In this document: positions 11,375 to 20,160 of the stretch, in pieces
Numbering within the stretch: position 1 is the stretch's first letter
Layout: the number at the start of each line of letters is the position of its first letter
Assembly: GCA_964421045.1 (NCBI GenBank)
Contig: CAYQVF010000005.1
Location: forward strand, 5,567 to 69,566
Length of the DNA: 64,000 bases
Direction: 5' to 3'
From: an uncultured Chromatiaceae bacterium
GTDB taxonomy: Bacteria > Pseudomonadota > Gammaproteobacteria > JAADHS01
Translations under genes and position numbers: made by a program
Notes under the pieces: model-generated
Seen by the model: the letters and a program-made list of their open reading frames with translations, nothing else
Told to the model about the DNA's origin: nothing
Databases searched by the model: none

Positions 11375-12712
11375 ATGGGAATATCAAAGCAAAGAAAATC
11401 AATCAAAAAAATTATTTATTATCTCGTAGTGGGGGTATTTTTAATAAACAGTCCAACTGTTCTCGCTGAGCGTACTGTCCCTAAATCGCCACTGCCACTT
11501 AATGAGCTGCGTGCATTTACCGAAGTTTTTGAAAAAATTAAAACGGATTACGTTGAACCCGTTGGTGATGCTTCGTTGCTTGAAGGTGCTATACGAGGCA
11601 TGCTTTCAGGATTGGACCCACATTCATCTTATTTAGATCCTGACGCATTCAAAGAGCTACAAGTTGGAACTTCTGGTGAGTTTGGTGGCCTTGGTATCGA
11701 GGTCGGGATGGAAGATGGCTTTATTAAAGTCATCGCGCCTATTGATGATACTCCTGCGCAAAAAGCAGGCATCAAATCAGGTGATTTGATTATTCGCATT
11801 AATGAAACTCCGGTAAAAGGGCTGACTTTGAACGAAGCGGTTAACCTTATGCGAGGAAAGCCGGGTAGCGAGGTGAATTTGACGGTTGTTCGAAAAGAGG
11901 CGGATAACAACCCGCTTACGTTCACTATTTCACGCGCCATCATTCAGGTTAAGGGTGTTAAATCAAGAATGCTCGAGCCAGGGTTTGCCTATATTAGAAT
12001 CACCCAATTTCAGAACCATACAGGTGAAAATGTTATTGATGCGCTCAGTAAGCTACAAAAAGAAAGTACCGATAACCTGAAAGGGCTAGTACTTGACCTG
12101 CGTAACAACCCGGGCGGCATACTAGGTGCTGCGGTTTCAGTCTCTGATGCTTTCCTTACAGAAGGCTTGATTGTGTATACCGAAGGCCGAGTGAAAGATT
12201 CTCAGCTTAGGTTTAAAGCGACGCAATCTGATTTGCTCAAAGGTGCTCCGCTCATCGTGCTTGTTAATGAAGGATCGGCATCGGCATCGGAAATCGTCGC
12301 CGGTGCTTTGCAAGACCATAAACGAGCGCTCATTATGGGAGAGCGGACTTTTGGTAAAGGATCAGTACAAACTATTTTACCGATGAATAATGGTTCTGCA
12401 CTGAAGCTGACCACTGCGCGTTACTACACCCCGGCAGGTCGATCTATTCAAGCTGAAGGCATCATACCGGATATCAAACTTGAAGATTTCAAGGTATCAA
12501 AAACCGAAAGAAATGGTTTGAGCATGTTAAAAGAGGCGGATTTGTCCAGGCATTTAGTGAAGCCTAAAAATAGCGATAATTCGACGGAGAAAACAAATGA
12601 AAAACCTTCGTTGGAAAAAAAGAAGCCAGAAATGGCCTCATTAACAGAAACAGATTATCAGCTTAGTGAAGCACTAAACTTATTAAAAGGGCTGGCTATC
12701 TTCGCACGTTAA
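11375..12712 (+). CDS. ctpA: Carboxy-terminal processing protease (S41)
   Basis: LDPHS, PDZ domain, DLRNNPGG, SASASEIVAGAL, TFGKGSVQ; RBS AGGAG before ATG 11375. Confidence 0.93.
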   Translation: MGISKQRKSIKKIIYYLVVGVFLINSPTVLAERTVPKSPLPLNELRAFTEVFEKIKTDYVEPVGDASLLEGAIRGMLSGLDPHSSYLDPDAFKELQVGTSGEFGGLGIEVGMEDGFIKVIAPIDDTPAQKAGIKSGDLIIRINETPVKGLTLNEAVNLMRGKPGSEVNLTVVRKEADNNPLTFTISRAIIQVKGVKSRMLEPGFAYIRITQFQNHTGENVIDALSKLQKESTDNLKGLVLDLRNNPGGILGAAVSVSDAFLTEGLIVYTEGRVKDSQLRFKATQSDLLKGAPLIVLVNEGSASASEIVAGALQDHKRALIMGERTFGKGSVQTILPMNNGSALKLTTARYYTPAGRSIQAEGIIPDIKLEDFKVSKTERNGLSMLKEADLSRHLVKPKNSDNSTEKTNEKPSLEKKKPEMASLTETDYQLSEALNLLKGLAIFAR

Positions 12713-12771
12713 TAGGCGAGCATCTTAGCTGAGAGTCGGTTTAGGAGCATGAGACTTTACAGGGCCTTTAC

Positions 12772-12788
12772 TTGGCGTAACTTGTGCA
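12772..12788 (+). promoter_or_regulatory. sigma-54 -24/-12 promoter, copy 1
   Basis: TTGGCGTAACTTGTGCA: GG 12774-75, 10 nt, GC 12786-87. Confidence 0.7.
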
Positions 12789-12798
12789 TTATTTGTAA

Positions 12799-12880
12799 AG
12801 TGTGACGTTTTTGTAATCTCTCAAAATCGTCATTTCTTCTTTACCCTCTCTTTTGGGGCGCGCCAGCGCCCTATTTTTTT
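12799..12880 (+). ncRNA. Candidate small regulatory RNA, copy 1
   Basis: Starts 12 nt after the -12 C; hairpin TGACG-T-TTTTG/CAAAA-T-CGTCA; C/U linker; terminator GGGCGC-GCCA-GCGCCC + T7; duplicated at 12974. Confidence 0.7.
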
Positions 12881-12947
12881 GCCTAAAAATCGGTGTACGT
12901 GTTTGAACCCGATAACCATGATTACTCTCGGTATTTAATAGTGTTTT

Positions 12948-12964
12948 TTGGCATGTACCATGCA
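12948..12964 (+). promoter_or_regulatory. sigma-54 -24/-12 promoter, copy 2
   Basis: TTGGCATGTACCATGCA: GG 12950-51, 10 nt, GC 12962-63. Confidence 0.7.
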
Positions 12965-12973
12965 TTATTGTAC

Positions 12974-13061
12974 AGTGTGACGTTTTTGTAATCTCTCGAA
13001 ATCGTCATTTCTTCTTTACCCTCCCTCTCTTTTCGGGGCGCGCCAGCGCCCCATTTTTTTT
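12974..13061 (+). ncRNA. Candidate small regulatory RNA, copy 2
   Basis: Near-identical to 12799-12880, with a longer linker and structure-compatible stem changes; terminator GGGGCGC-GCCA-GCGCCCC + T8. Confidence 0.7.
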
Positions 13062-13143
13062 CAAAAAATCTAATCTCAATAAACCAAATATCAGGTAATT
13101 GACTGAATTATAGTTAATTTTTTATGGTGGTGATGTTATTTCA

Positions 13144-13268
13144 CCTAAAAAACACGATTGATCCCGAGCGTATGCGGGAACAACGTTTACCTCCAAAAAG
13201 ATAATCACGATTTTCTACGCTACGTTATTTAAACCCCTATTTTGTGTTTTACATCGGCGTTTTTTAGG
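13144..13268. mobile_element. Family-B MITE-like element
   Basis: Terminal inverted repeats CCTAAAAAAC...GTTTTTTAGG. Confidence 0.55.
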
Positions 13269-13653
13269 CTTGATCGTAAGTATAGAGAGGGTTAAGTCAA
13301 AAAACGGAGCAAAAATGTTCAGGTTCAATGGGAGGCAAGGGTGCGTGTTTAAGGGGATAAAAGCACACAAAACAAGGGTGTAGAAAGAAAAGCGCTTGTC
13401 AAATAAATGACTGAACGCCAAAATATTGGCGATTACCCGGCAAAATTTTGTCACCCTGGTTGACTGTTACGTCCTTTCGCGACTAACAACAGGATATCGG
13501 TACCGACAAATAATTCTTTAGAAAATTTATACATTTTTTTATTTCCTGTATCTATCTCCATGGCATTATGAATTCACTCTCTGGCGTTAATGACCCTTCC
13601 AATAAGTCGTTCGATTATTAGCTGTATTGATAAGTTATGTTCTTATATTATAA

Positions 13654-13872
13654 ATACCTGTACATGGTTCAAGTGTTAACATGCAAAGCGTTAGCGTGCG
13701 CAGATACATCTTAGATTCGGTTTTTCTGATTGACGACGGCATGGATGCGCAAAAGACAACACCTCAAGAGTCGGGTATAAAGGCAGCGCAAGAGCCGTTG
13801 CAGAGTGAAAGCCGAAAATGAAGGTGTAAATATACGTAAAAAAGCCTGTAATATTAAGGCTAAATGGGTATA
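13654..13872. mobile_element. Family-A MITE-like element (degenerate)
   Basis: gttagcgtgcgcagatacatcttagattcggtttttctga core shared with 15881, 42235 and (inverted) 19625 and 34675; ends atgggtata. Confidence 0.7.
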
Positions 13873-13997
13873 TTGTGAGGGGGTGTTAAGGGTTTTACAA
13901 AAACCAGTATCTCGTCAATTCGGGATAAAATGGATGCCCTCGACCTGATCTGCCACATGTTATAAAATTTAGATCACTTCTTTAGAGGGGGGGAGGT

Positions 13998-14348
13998 ATG
14001 AGGCAAAAAGGATTAACATATACTTATATAGTCATCATTATTAATGCCTTAATGTGGATGTCACCTGTAGTAGCAGATCCCAATCTGAAAATTCTTTTTC
14101 CTGCAGATGGTGCGGTTTTCCAGGAAGGGGAGCCTATTCCTGTTAAATATGAAATCAAGCCTAACCCTGGTGGCGATCATTCTCACATTTATATTAATCA
14201 TAAGGAAGCAGGCATTTTGCGTCGCAAAAAGGCTACTTTTACTCTCAGCCCTTTGCCCGTCGGTAAGCATTCAATTTGTCTAAAGGTTGTCAATAAAGCG
14301 CATACCCCCATTGGTCAGGAAACCTGTATTAAAGTTACGCGATTGTAA
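13998..14348 (+). CDS. Secreted small beta-sandwich protein with His/Cys motifs (DUF4399-like)
   Basis: Signal peptide; DHSHIY, GKHSICLKVVNKAHTP...TCI; RBS GGAGG. Confidence 0.7.
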   Translation: MRQKGLTYTYIVIIINALMWMSPVVADPNLKILFPADGAVFQEGEPIPVKYEIKPNPGGDHSHIYINHKEAGILRRKKATFTLSPLPVGKHSICLKVVNKAHTPIGQETCIKVTRL

Positions 14349-14351
14349 ACG

Positions 14352-14765
14352 ATGCAATGGGAAAACCTCTTCTATGCGCTTACTCAGTTAGTCCATAACT
14401 TTGGTGCTCTAATGGTTGTTGGCGGCGCGTTGAGTGGATTCAAAATTCAGGTCGATAATCTGGACCTAAAGAGAAAGTTTGCCTGGTTGGTGCTGATTGG
14501 GTGGGGCGTACAAGCCTTTAGTGGTTTGTTATTTGGTGCGATCAGCCTCTATTTTTATGGCGAAACACCAGATTTACATTCAACGGCGCAGATCGCTTTA
14601 ATGATAAAATTGGTCTGCGTGGTATTAGCTATTTCTCTGGTGTTGTTTTATATAAAAAGTGCAGAAAATTGGAGCAGCAAGGGGCGTTATCGTGTTTGGT
14701 ATGGGTTAACGGGGTTGGGTGCAACGGCGTTAACGTCGGCTGCTTTTTTGCGATGGTTTTCGTAG
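14352..14765 (+). CDS. Four-TM membrane protein of unknown function
   Basis: Four hydrophobic segments; VHNFGA; tight coupling to neighbours. Confidence 0.75.
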   Translation: MQWENLFYALTQLVHNFGALMVVGGALSGFKIQVDNLDLKRKFAWLVLIGWGVQAFSGLLFGAISLYFYGETPDLHSTAQIALMIKLVCVVLAISLVLFYIKSAENWSSKGRYRVWYGLTGLGATALTSAAFLRWFS

Positions 14766-14768
14766 TTT

Positions 14769-15875
14769 ATGGGTAGAATAAAAATAAAAACCTTTGAGGA
14801 TAATGGTATACGTAGTTCGAACTACCTTCTAGTCACGCTTTTGTTATTGGGGCTAATTGGCGGCGCTGCTGCCGGTGAACACACGAATTTTCTTGGTATC
14901 AAATTGGTAGATATCCCCTCGGGTAGCTTTGAAATGGGGTCGTGTATGGTGACCGAGGGGATGCAAAAAGAAAACCGTAAACGTGTTTTTCTTGGTTTGC
15001 CTGTCGTGGGGCTTGGTTGCGGTATTTTGGATAAAAACGTAAATGACAATGAGACACCGCAGCGCACGGTAAAAATCCCGGGCTTTAAAATAGCGAACAC
15101 ACCGGTTACCGCTGCACAGTACAAAAAATACCTTAATGCGATTGGTGAGGTGGATAATAAAGACGATTGGGGGCTTTATACCGAAGAATTTAAACGGCTT
15201 AACTCTTTTGATGATAATGCACCCGTGGTACAGGTTTCATGGCACGAGGCACAGGACTTTATTCGCTGGCTGAATGAGAACAAGGCCAAAAACGACCCTT
15301 ACACGTATCGCATGCCTTCAGAGGCGGAGTGGGAGTATGCCTGCCGTGCCGGAGGTAAACAACGTTATTGTGGCAGCGATAATGTGTTTGACATTGGTTG
15401 GGTCAATCGTGAAGGAACAGAAAATCAGCGCGAAGTTGCTAGCAAAGCGCCTAATGCCTGGGGCGTATACGGTATGTCTGGCAGTATTTGGCAATGGGTG
15501 GAGGATGTCTATCACGATAATTACGTGGGTGCACCAACCGATGGCAGTGCATGGAATGCATTAAGTATGGATGACGATGAAATATTGCAGCGGGAAATCG
15601 AAGCGGTAGGTCAGTCTGCTCGCAAGGGAGAAATAAAGAAAGTCGAAGCGGCATTAACAATTGAGCGGTTGAGGTATGATGCGGGTATTAAAGATCGTCG
15701 TGGCGGACAACTCAAAAGCGAAACTCTCGCTGCACGTGTTTTGCGTGGTGGCTCTTGGCGTTTCAGCGAAAATTTTGCTCGCGCAACCTATCGTTTGGCC
15801 GGTGAGCCTGGTAATTGGTACTATGGAAACGGCTTTCGTGTTGCTGCATCTATACCGGTAGAAATTAAAAATTAA
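14769..15875 (+). CDS. FGE-sulfatase (SUMF1/EgtB/PvdO family) domain protein
   Basis: IPSGSFEMG, PVVQVSW, RMPSEAEWEYACRAG, RVLRGGSW, GFRV. Confidence 0.9.
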   Translation: MGRIKIKTFEDNGIRSSNYLLVTLLLLGLIGGAAAGEHTNFLGIKLVDIPSGSFEMGSCMVTEGMQKENRKRVFLGLPVVGLGCGILDKNVNDNETPQRTVKIPGFKIANTPVTAAQYKKYLNAIGEVDNKDDWGLYTEEFKRLNSFDDNAPVVQVSWHEAQDFIRWLNENKAKNDPYTYRMPSEAEWEYACRAGGKQRYCGSDNVFDIGWVNREGTENQREVASKAPNAWGVYGMSGSIWQWVEDVYHDNYVGAPTDGSAWNALSMDDDEILQREIEAVGQSARKGEIKKVEAALTIERLRYDAGIKDRRGGQLKSETLAARVLRGGSWRFSENFARATYRLAGEPGNWYYGNGFRVAASIPVEIKN

Positions 15876-15880
15876 GTATA

Positions 15881-16053
15881 TATACCCATGGTGTTTTAAT
15901 TTAGATGTTAGCGCGCGCAGATGCGCCTTAGATTCGGTTTTTCTGATTGAAGAAAAATAAAAAATTAGGCGCAGCTATGCGTGAAAGCGCCCGCGCCTAA
16001 TTTTTTATGCAACTATAGGGTTAATGCCGGGTTTTCAAATATGATGGAGATAT
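15881..16053. mobile_element. Family-A MITE-like element
   Basis: TATACCCATGGTGTTTTAATTTAGATGTTAGCG left end and shared core; degenerate right end. Confidence 0.75.
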
Positions 16054-16070
16054 CACAAAGGAGGTAAGCA

Positions 16071-16901
16071 TTGTTACCGTTAACACCGCTTCATTATTCC
16101 ATTAACAAGTTAGCTGTCGCACTTATATTTATCGCTTATGTGTTTACACCAACCGTGAGTGCTGAAGAATTCACCAATTTTTTAGGAATGAAATTTGTCG
16201 AGATCCCAGGTGGTAGTTTTAAAATGGGAGCGGCCTCGAAAACGTTTGACGTGAACCCCAATGAATTACCGCAACACACCGTCGAGGTCTCATCCTTTCA
16301 AATTATGTCGACGGAAGTAACCCTGGCGCAGTATAAACGCTACATTATCGAATCAAGTATGATCAATATTCTTAAGGACGAATTTATGAAAGCTAATGGG
16401 CATGACGATAATGCTCCGGTCGTATTCGTCTCATGGACAGATACCAGCTACTTCTTGCATTGGTTAAATCAAAACAAGCCGGATAGTGATAGGGGAGAGT
16501 ACATGTTGCCTACTGAGGCTGAATGGGAATACGCCTGTCGCGCTGGCGAAAATAATCTTTATTGTGGCAGAGGAACAGCGAGTGTCGTCGCCTGGTATTC
16601 ATCGAAAAGCCTTGCTTACCAACAACCCGTGGCGCAAAAAAAGGCAAATATATTTGGGTTATATGACATGAGTGGTAATGCACGCGAGTGGGTCAAGGAT
16701 TGTTATCATGCCAACTATGAAGCCGCGCCCACAGACGGTCGGGAATGGACTCATGATTGCCACGTTGGCAAGCGTGTTGTTCGCGGTGGTTCGTGGGACG
16801 AAGACCTAGAAGCTTCTCGCGCCACTGACCGTCTTATGGCGAGCGTTAACAACCGCACTTCGTCTGTTGGTTTTCGTGTGGTGCGAAAAGCGTTAAGGTA
16901 G
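16071..16901 (+). CDS. FGE-sulfatase domain protein, paralog 2
   Basis: IPGGSFKMG, LPTEAEWEYACRAG, GLYDMSGNAREW, RGGSW, GFRV; RBS GGAGG, TTG start. Confidence 0.9.
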   Translation: MLPLTPLHYSINKLAVALIFIAYVFTPTVSAEEFTNFLGMKFVEIPGGSFKMGAASKTFDVNPNELPQHTVEVSSFQIMSTEVTLAQYKRYIIESSMINILKDEFMKANGHDDNAPVVFVSWTDTSYFLHWLNQNKPDSDRGEYMLPTEAEWEYACRAGENNLYCGRGTASVVAWYSSKSLAYQQPVAQKKANIFGLYDMSGNAREWVKDCYHANYEAAPTDGREWTHDCHVGKRVVRGGSWDEDLEASRATDRLMASVNNRTSSVGFRVVRKALR

Positions 16902-16975
16902 TATACCTGCGGCGTTAAAATTTAGGTGATGCCCCACGCTACGAGCTGAATTGCCCCTATATCGCTCTAAATTTC
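16902..16975. repeat. Partial family-A element carrying a module shared with 44511-44536
   Basis: tatacctgcggcgttaaaatttaggtg left end; ccacgctacgagctgaattgc is the reverse complement of sequence at ~44516-44536. Confidence 0.6.
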
Positions 16976-17164
16976 TCCATCGCTTTTGCCAAAATTCGGT
17001 ATCAGCACTCAGTTGAAGTTAACTGCGGCACAATGGCTTTAAGTTCATTGAAAAATGAAATCAATTGCCTCTATGCTCCTTTTATTTTTACAATGTTACC
17101 ATGCGTGCTCGTTATGACCATTTTTTTTGCCGCTGGTGTTGCGTTAATCGGCCGACACGACTTA

Positions 17165-17372
17165 GGAATGAGACACAATAACTTATGCAAGTGGCGCACA
17201 AATTGGGTTTCTATTTGAACGTTCTGATTGCCTACAGGGATGTAGGCAGGATGCGGAAGCTTTGAGAAAAAACGCAGCTCTAGTGAGCTAAAGTGCGTAT
17301 TTTTTGATTGAAGAACGTTCAAAGGAGCCGAAGTTGTGATGCCAGATGCATAAGTTATTTTATTCTCATTCC
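17165..17372. mobile_element. MITE with long (~60 bp) inverted arms and TTA duplication (family D)
   Basis: GGAATGAGACACAATAACTTATGCA.../...TGCATAAGTTATTTTATTCTCATTCC, flanked by TTA at 17162-64 and 17373-75. Confidence 0.8.
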
Positions 17373-17487
17373 TTAGCAACAAAGGGTGACTTGTTATCGC
17401 TTGGCAGAGATAACTGATTTTTTTAGGTTTAAGACTAAAAATTATGCTTTTTTGAAGCTTTTTTATATATCAAACAATTCATAAAAA

Positions 17488-17829
17488 TTACTGTAGTAGT
17501 TGATCCATTTCATCTTCCAATTTTTGTATTTGGTTGATGATTTGAACAAATTTTGCTCCATAGTCAGTAAAATGGTATTCAACTCTTGGAGGGATTTCAG
17601 GGAAAGAATGTTTTTTTAAAATTCCAAACTTAACATTAATTTTTAAGCAATCATTTAATACCTTCGTGCTTAATCCCTCTACACTTCTGACCATTTCTCC
17701 CGGACGATTAATCTCATTGGAAATAAGATCCAAGACAGTGAGCGACCATTTGCATCGAAAAATAGATTCGATTAAGCCCCCCGTTTTTCCTGGAGAAATT
17801 TTTCTTGAAGGCTGAGTGCTTGAGTTCAT
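17488..17829 (-). CDS. HxlR-family winged-helix regulator
   Basis: CKWSL, GLSTKVL, FPEIPPRVEYHFTDYG. Confidence 0.9.
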   Translation of the reverse strand: MNSSTQPSRKISPGKTGGLIESIFRCKWSLTVLDLISNEINRPGEMVRSVEGLSTKVLNDCLKINVKFGILKKHSFPEIPPRVEYHFTDYGAKFVQIINQIQKLEDEMDQLLQ

Positions 17830-17842
17830 CACAATTACTACC

Positions 17843-17878
17843 AAAAAGTGCTTACCTTACAAAAAAGTGCATACTTTT
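17843..17878. promoter_or_regulatory. Putative HxlR-family operator (tandem repeat)
   Basis: aaaaagtgcttac and aaaaagtgcatac direct repeats between the divergent regulator and SDR genes. Confidence 0.55.
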
Positions 17879-17975
17879 CAGGCAAGCATCAACTATGTAC
17901 ATTATCGTTCCAAGGTGAAACATACAATGTTTTGATCTTAGAAACAATTCTAATTTATATATTTGGAGTCATGTA

Positions 17976-18743
17976 ATGTCAGAAAAAAATAATGAAATTG
18001 TGTATGTTGTTGGTGGTACTAGCGGAATAGGCATGGAAACAGCAAAACTTCTTTTAAAGAAAGGACTCAGCGTTTGTATTACTGGAAGAAATCCAGAACA
18101 CCTAGAAGTAGCCGAGCAACAACTTAAGCAGTTAGGTGATCTGGAAGTTTATCAAGCAAATTTATATCAAGTTGATGATGTCGAAGCATTGGCTCAAAAA
18201 ATTGATCAAGAAATACGACATGTAAAATATCTTGTGAATGCGGCCGGTTGTTTCACTCCTAAAACGTTTCTTGATCATAAATTAGAAGATTTCAACTGTT
18301 ACCATGATATCAATAAGGCTCTATTTTATATTACCCAAGCTATAGTTAAAAATATGCAGAAGAATGGTTCTGGTTCTATCGTTAATATTGGCTCTATGTG
18401 GGCTAAGCAAGCTATCAAGGCCACACCATCTTCAGCTTATTCCATGGCCAAAGCAGGTATACATGCATTAACTCAACATCTTGCAATGGAATTTGCAGAT
18501 GATAACATTCGAGTCAACGCCGTATCACCAGGGGTTGTACGTACTGCCGTGTATGAAAGCTTTATACCTAAAGATCAGATCGAAGCAACGCTAACTTCAT
18601 TTAATAGTCTTCACCCTATAGGACGCATTGGTGAACCTATTGATGTAGCAAACGTGATTGACTTTTTATTAACCGAAGAGAGTGCGTGGGTTACTGGAGC
18701 TATTTGGGATGTTGATGGAGGAATTATGGCAGGTAGAAATTAG
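17976..18743 (+). CDS. Short-chain dehydrogenase/reductase
   Basis: [26 protein letters not shown]. Confidence 0.93.
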   Translation: MSEKNNEIVYVVGGTSGIGMETAKLLLKKGLSVCITGRNPEHLEVAEQQLKQLGDLEVYQANLYQVDDVEALAQKIDQEIRHVKYLVNAAGCFTPKTFLDHKLEDFNCYHDINKALFYITQAIVKNMQKNGSGSIVNIGSMWAKQAIKATPSSAYSMAKAGIHALTQHLAMEFADDNIRVNAVSPGVVRTAVYESFIPKDQIEATLTSFNSLHPIGRIGEPIDVANVIDFLLTEESAWVTGAIWDVDGGIMAGRN

Positions 18744-18810
18744 TCTAATAGATTTGTAATCGCTCAGACCTGATTTGACAGTTACCCGTTTTTTTAGGGT
18801 GTCTGTTAGT

Positions 18811-19623
18811 TTAGATTTGAGTCAAATTTTTGATAAATTGAATTATTGGAAACCAGTATTCTTGCTCAAAGACATTATGTAAATTGTTGTGGTTTGCACC
18901 TTTAATCTTTACAAATTTCTTTTTTACTTTTGCCTTATCAAATATTTTTTTACCCATTGAGTAAGGAATGACGCTATCATCTGTTCCATGAATAACTAGG
19001 AGTGGGGAATCAATATTTTCAATTTTCGTAATATTATTAAATGAATCTCCGGCCAATGATGATATCGCCCATAACCCTCCTGCCTTTGCTTGCTCTTTTC
19101 CACTTGTCAGGGGGGTAACCAATATGACTCCACCTACTTTTTTGTTTTGAGCGGTATTGATAGCCACTGTGGTTCCTATCGAACGGCCAAAGATGATGAT
19201 ATTTTTTTTAGAGAAGCCCATGTGTTTGACTGCATATTGGAATATTGCTTGTCCATCTAGATATATTCCTTTCTCGCTGGGATCACCATCGCTCTTCCCG
19301 TATCCCCTATAACTTACACCTATCACATTTACACCAAGCTGACTAAATTTAAGCAAGCTTGGGATTCTGTGGTAAATATTCCCCGCATTGCCGTGAAAGT
19401 AAATTACAAGTCTATTTGATTCAGATGATGGCAAATAAAGAGAGGTGATTTTTACTTTGTCTTTTGTACTAATGGTTATCTCTTGAATTCCGTGAGGCAG
19501 TTCATCTGTTGGTATAACATTTACATTGTCAGGGTGAAACGAAAACTTATTTATAATTAGCTCACACCCAAGCACGGTAAGCCCAAGTAAGATTAAAATA
19601 GAGAATGTACCGATTATTTTCAT
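18811..19623 (-). CDS. Alpha/beta hydrolase (ABHD13/Bem46-like)
   Basis: FHGNAGN, YRGYGKS, GRSIG, IHGTDDSVIP, GANHNN. Confidence 0.9.
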   Translation of the reverse strand: MKIIGTFSILILLGLTVLGCELIINKFSFHPDNVNVIPTDELPHGIQEITISTKDKVKITSLYLPSSESNRLVIYFHGNAGNIYHRIPSLLKFSQLGVNVIGVSYRGYGKSDGDPSEKGIYLDGQAIFQYAVKHMGFSKKNIIIFGRSIGTTVAINTAQNKKVGGVILVTPLTSGKEQAKAGGLWAISSLAGDSFNNITKIENIDSPLLVIHGTDDSVIPYSMGKKIFDKAKVKKKFVKIKGANHNNLHNVFEQEYWFPIIQFIKNLTQI

Positions 19624-19624
19624 A

Positions 19625-19804
19625 TATACCCATAGTGTTTTAATTTAGGTGTTTTCACGCACATCTGTATCTCATCTTCGACTTTTTCTCAATCTAAAAA
19701 ACTCAACTTAGCTAGCTAGGCCTGCGTTTTTTCTCCATCGGAAAAACCGAATCTAAGGCACATCTGCACACGCTAACACCTAAATCTATAACATCATGGG
19801 TATA
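19625..19804. mobile_element. Family-A MITE-like element (complete)
   Basis: TATACCCATAGTGTTTTAATTTAGGTGTT...AACACCTAAATCTATAACATCATGGGTATA. Confidence 0.85.
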
Positions 19805-19838
19805 TTTTCGTACAAAGTTATTGTGTTCCATTCCAAAG

Positions 19839-20030
19839 TGATGTGGTTATATTAACTCGGACACTCAATTTCACATAAACTAACATTTAAAAATTGAGGA
19901 ATGAACAAACAAGTTAAAAAGAAATATAACAGAAAATTTAGAGAACGATCGGTCAATATGGTTATCAGCTTAGGCAAATCAGTCGCTCAAATTAGGTACA
20001 AATACGACAACTCTTTATTCATGAGTTAAT
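19839..20030 (+). pseudogene. IS3-family left end and decayed OrfA
   Basis: IRL-like TGATGTGGTTATATTAACTCGGACAC; MNKQVKKKYNRKFRERSVNMVISLGKSVAQI from 19901, then frameshift to LGTNTTTLYS*V. Confidence 0.7.
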
Positions 20031-20160
20031 CATCCAAGGCACTGGATAAAAACACAAATAACAAAGCTCTGTTTGATCAATACATTCACAATGGAGCTGA
20101 AATTCAAATAGTGGAAATTTTTACCGGGAAATCCCAGTTTTGAACTCCGAAACTTGGGTG

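Noticed and set aside
12772-13061. Direct repeats as a CRISPR array or type I toxin mini-ORFs
   Set aside because: Only two ~100-bp units with promoter and terminator structure; no convincing RBS plus ORF was found.
13155-13184. Type I-E CRISPR repeat-like sequence (reverse complement GTTGTTCCCGCATACGCTCGGGATCAATCG)
   Set aside because: Single degenerate copy with no array and no cas genes; part of the match is explained by the family-B MITE terminus.
13416-13443. Additional sigma-54 box (TGGCGATTACCCGGCA)
   Set aside because: Spacing fits, but the -12 element is poor and no associated transcript unit is visible.
14769-16901. Diversity-generating retroelement targeting the FGE/CLec C-termini
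   Set aside because: No reverse transcriptase and no AAC-rich template repeat in the window. The two 3' ends differ at synonymous non-adenine positions, as in ordinary paralogs. A remote DGR cannot be excluded.
17033-17382. ORFs at 17033, 17071, 13215, 20771, 23997 and 33427
   Set aside because: They overlap repeat elements or real genes and lack an RBS or family motifs.
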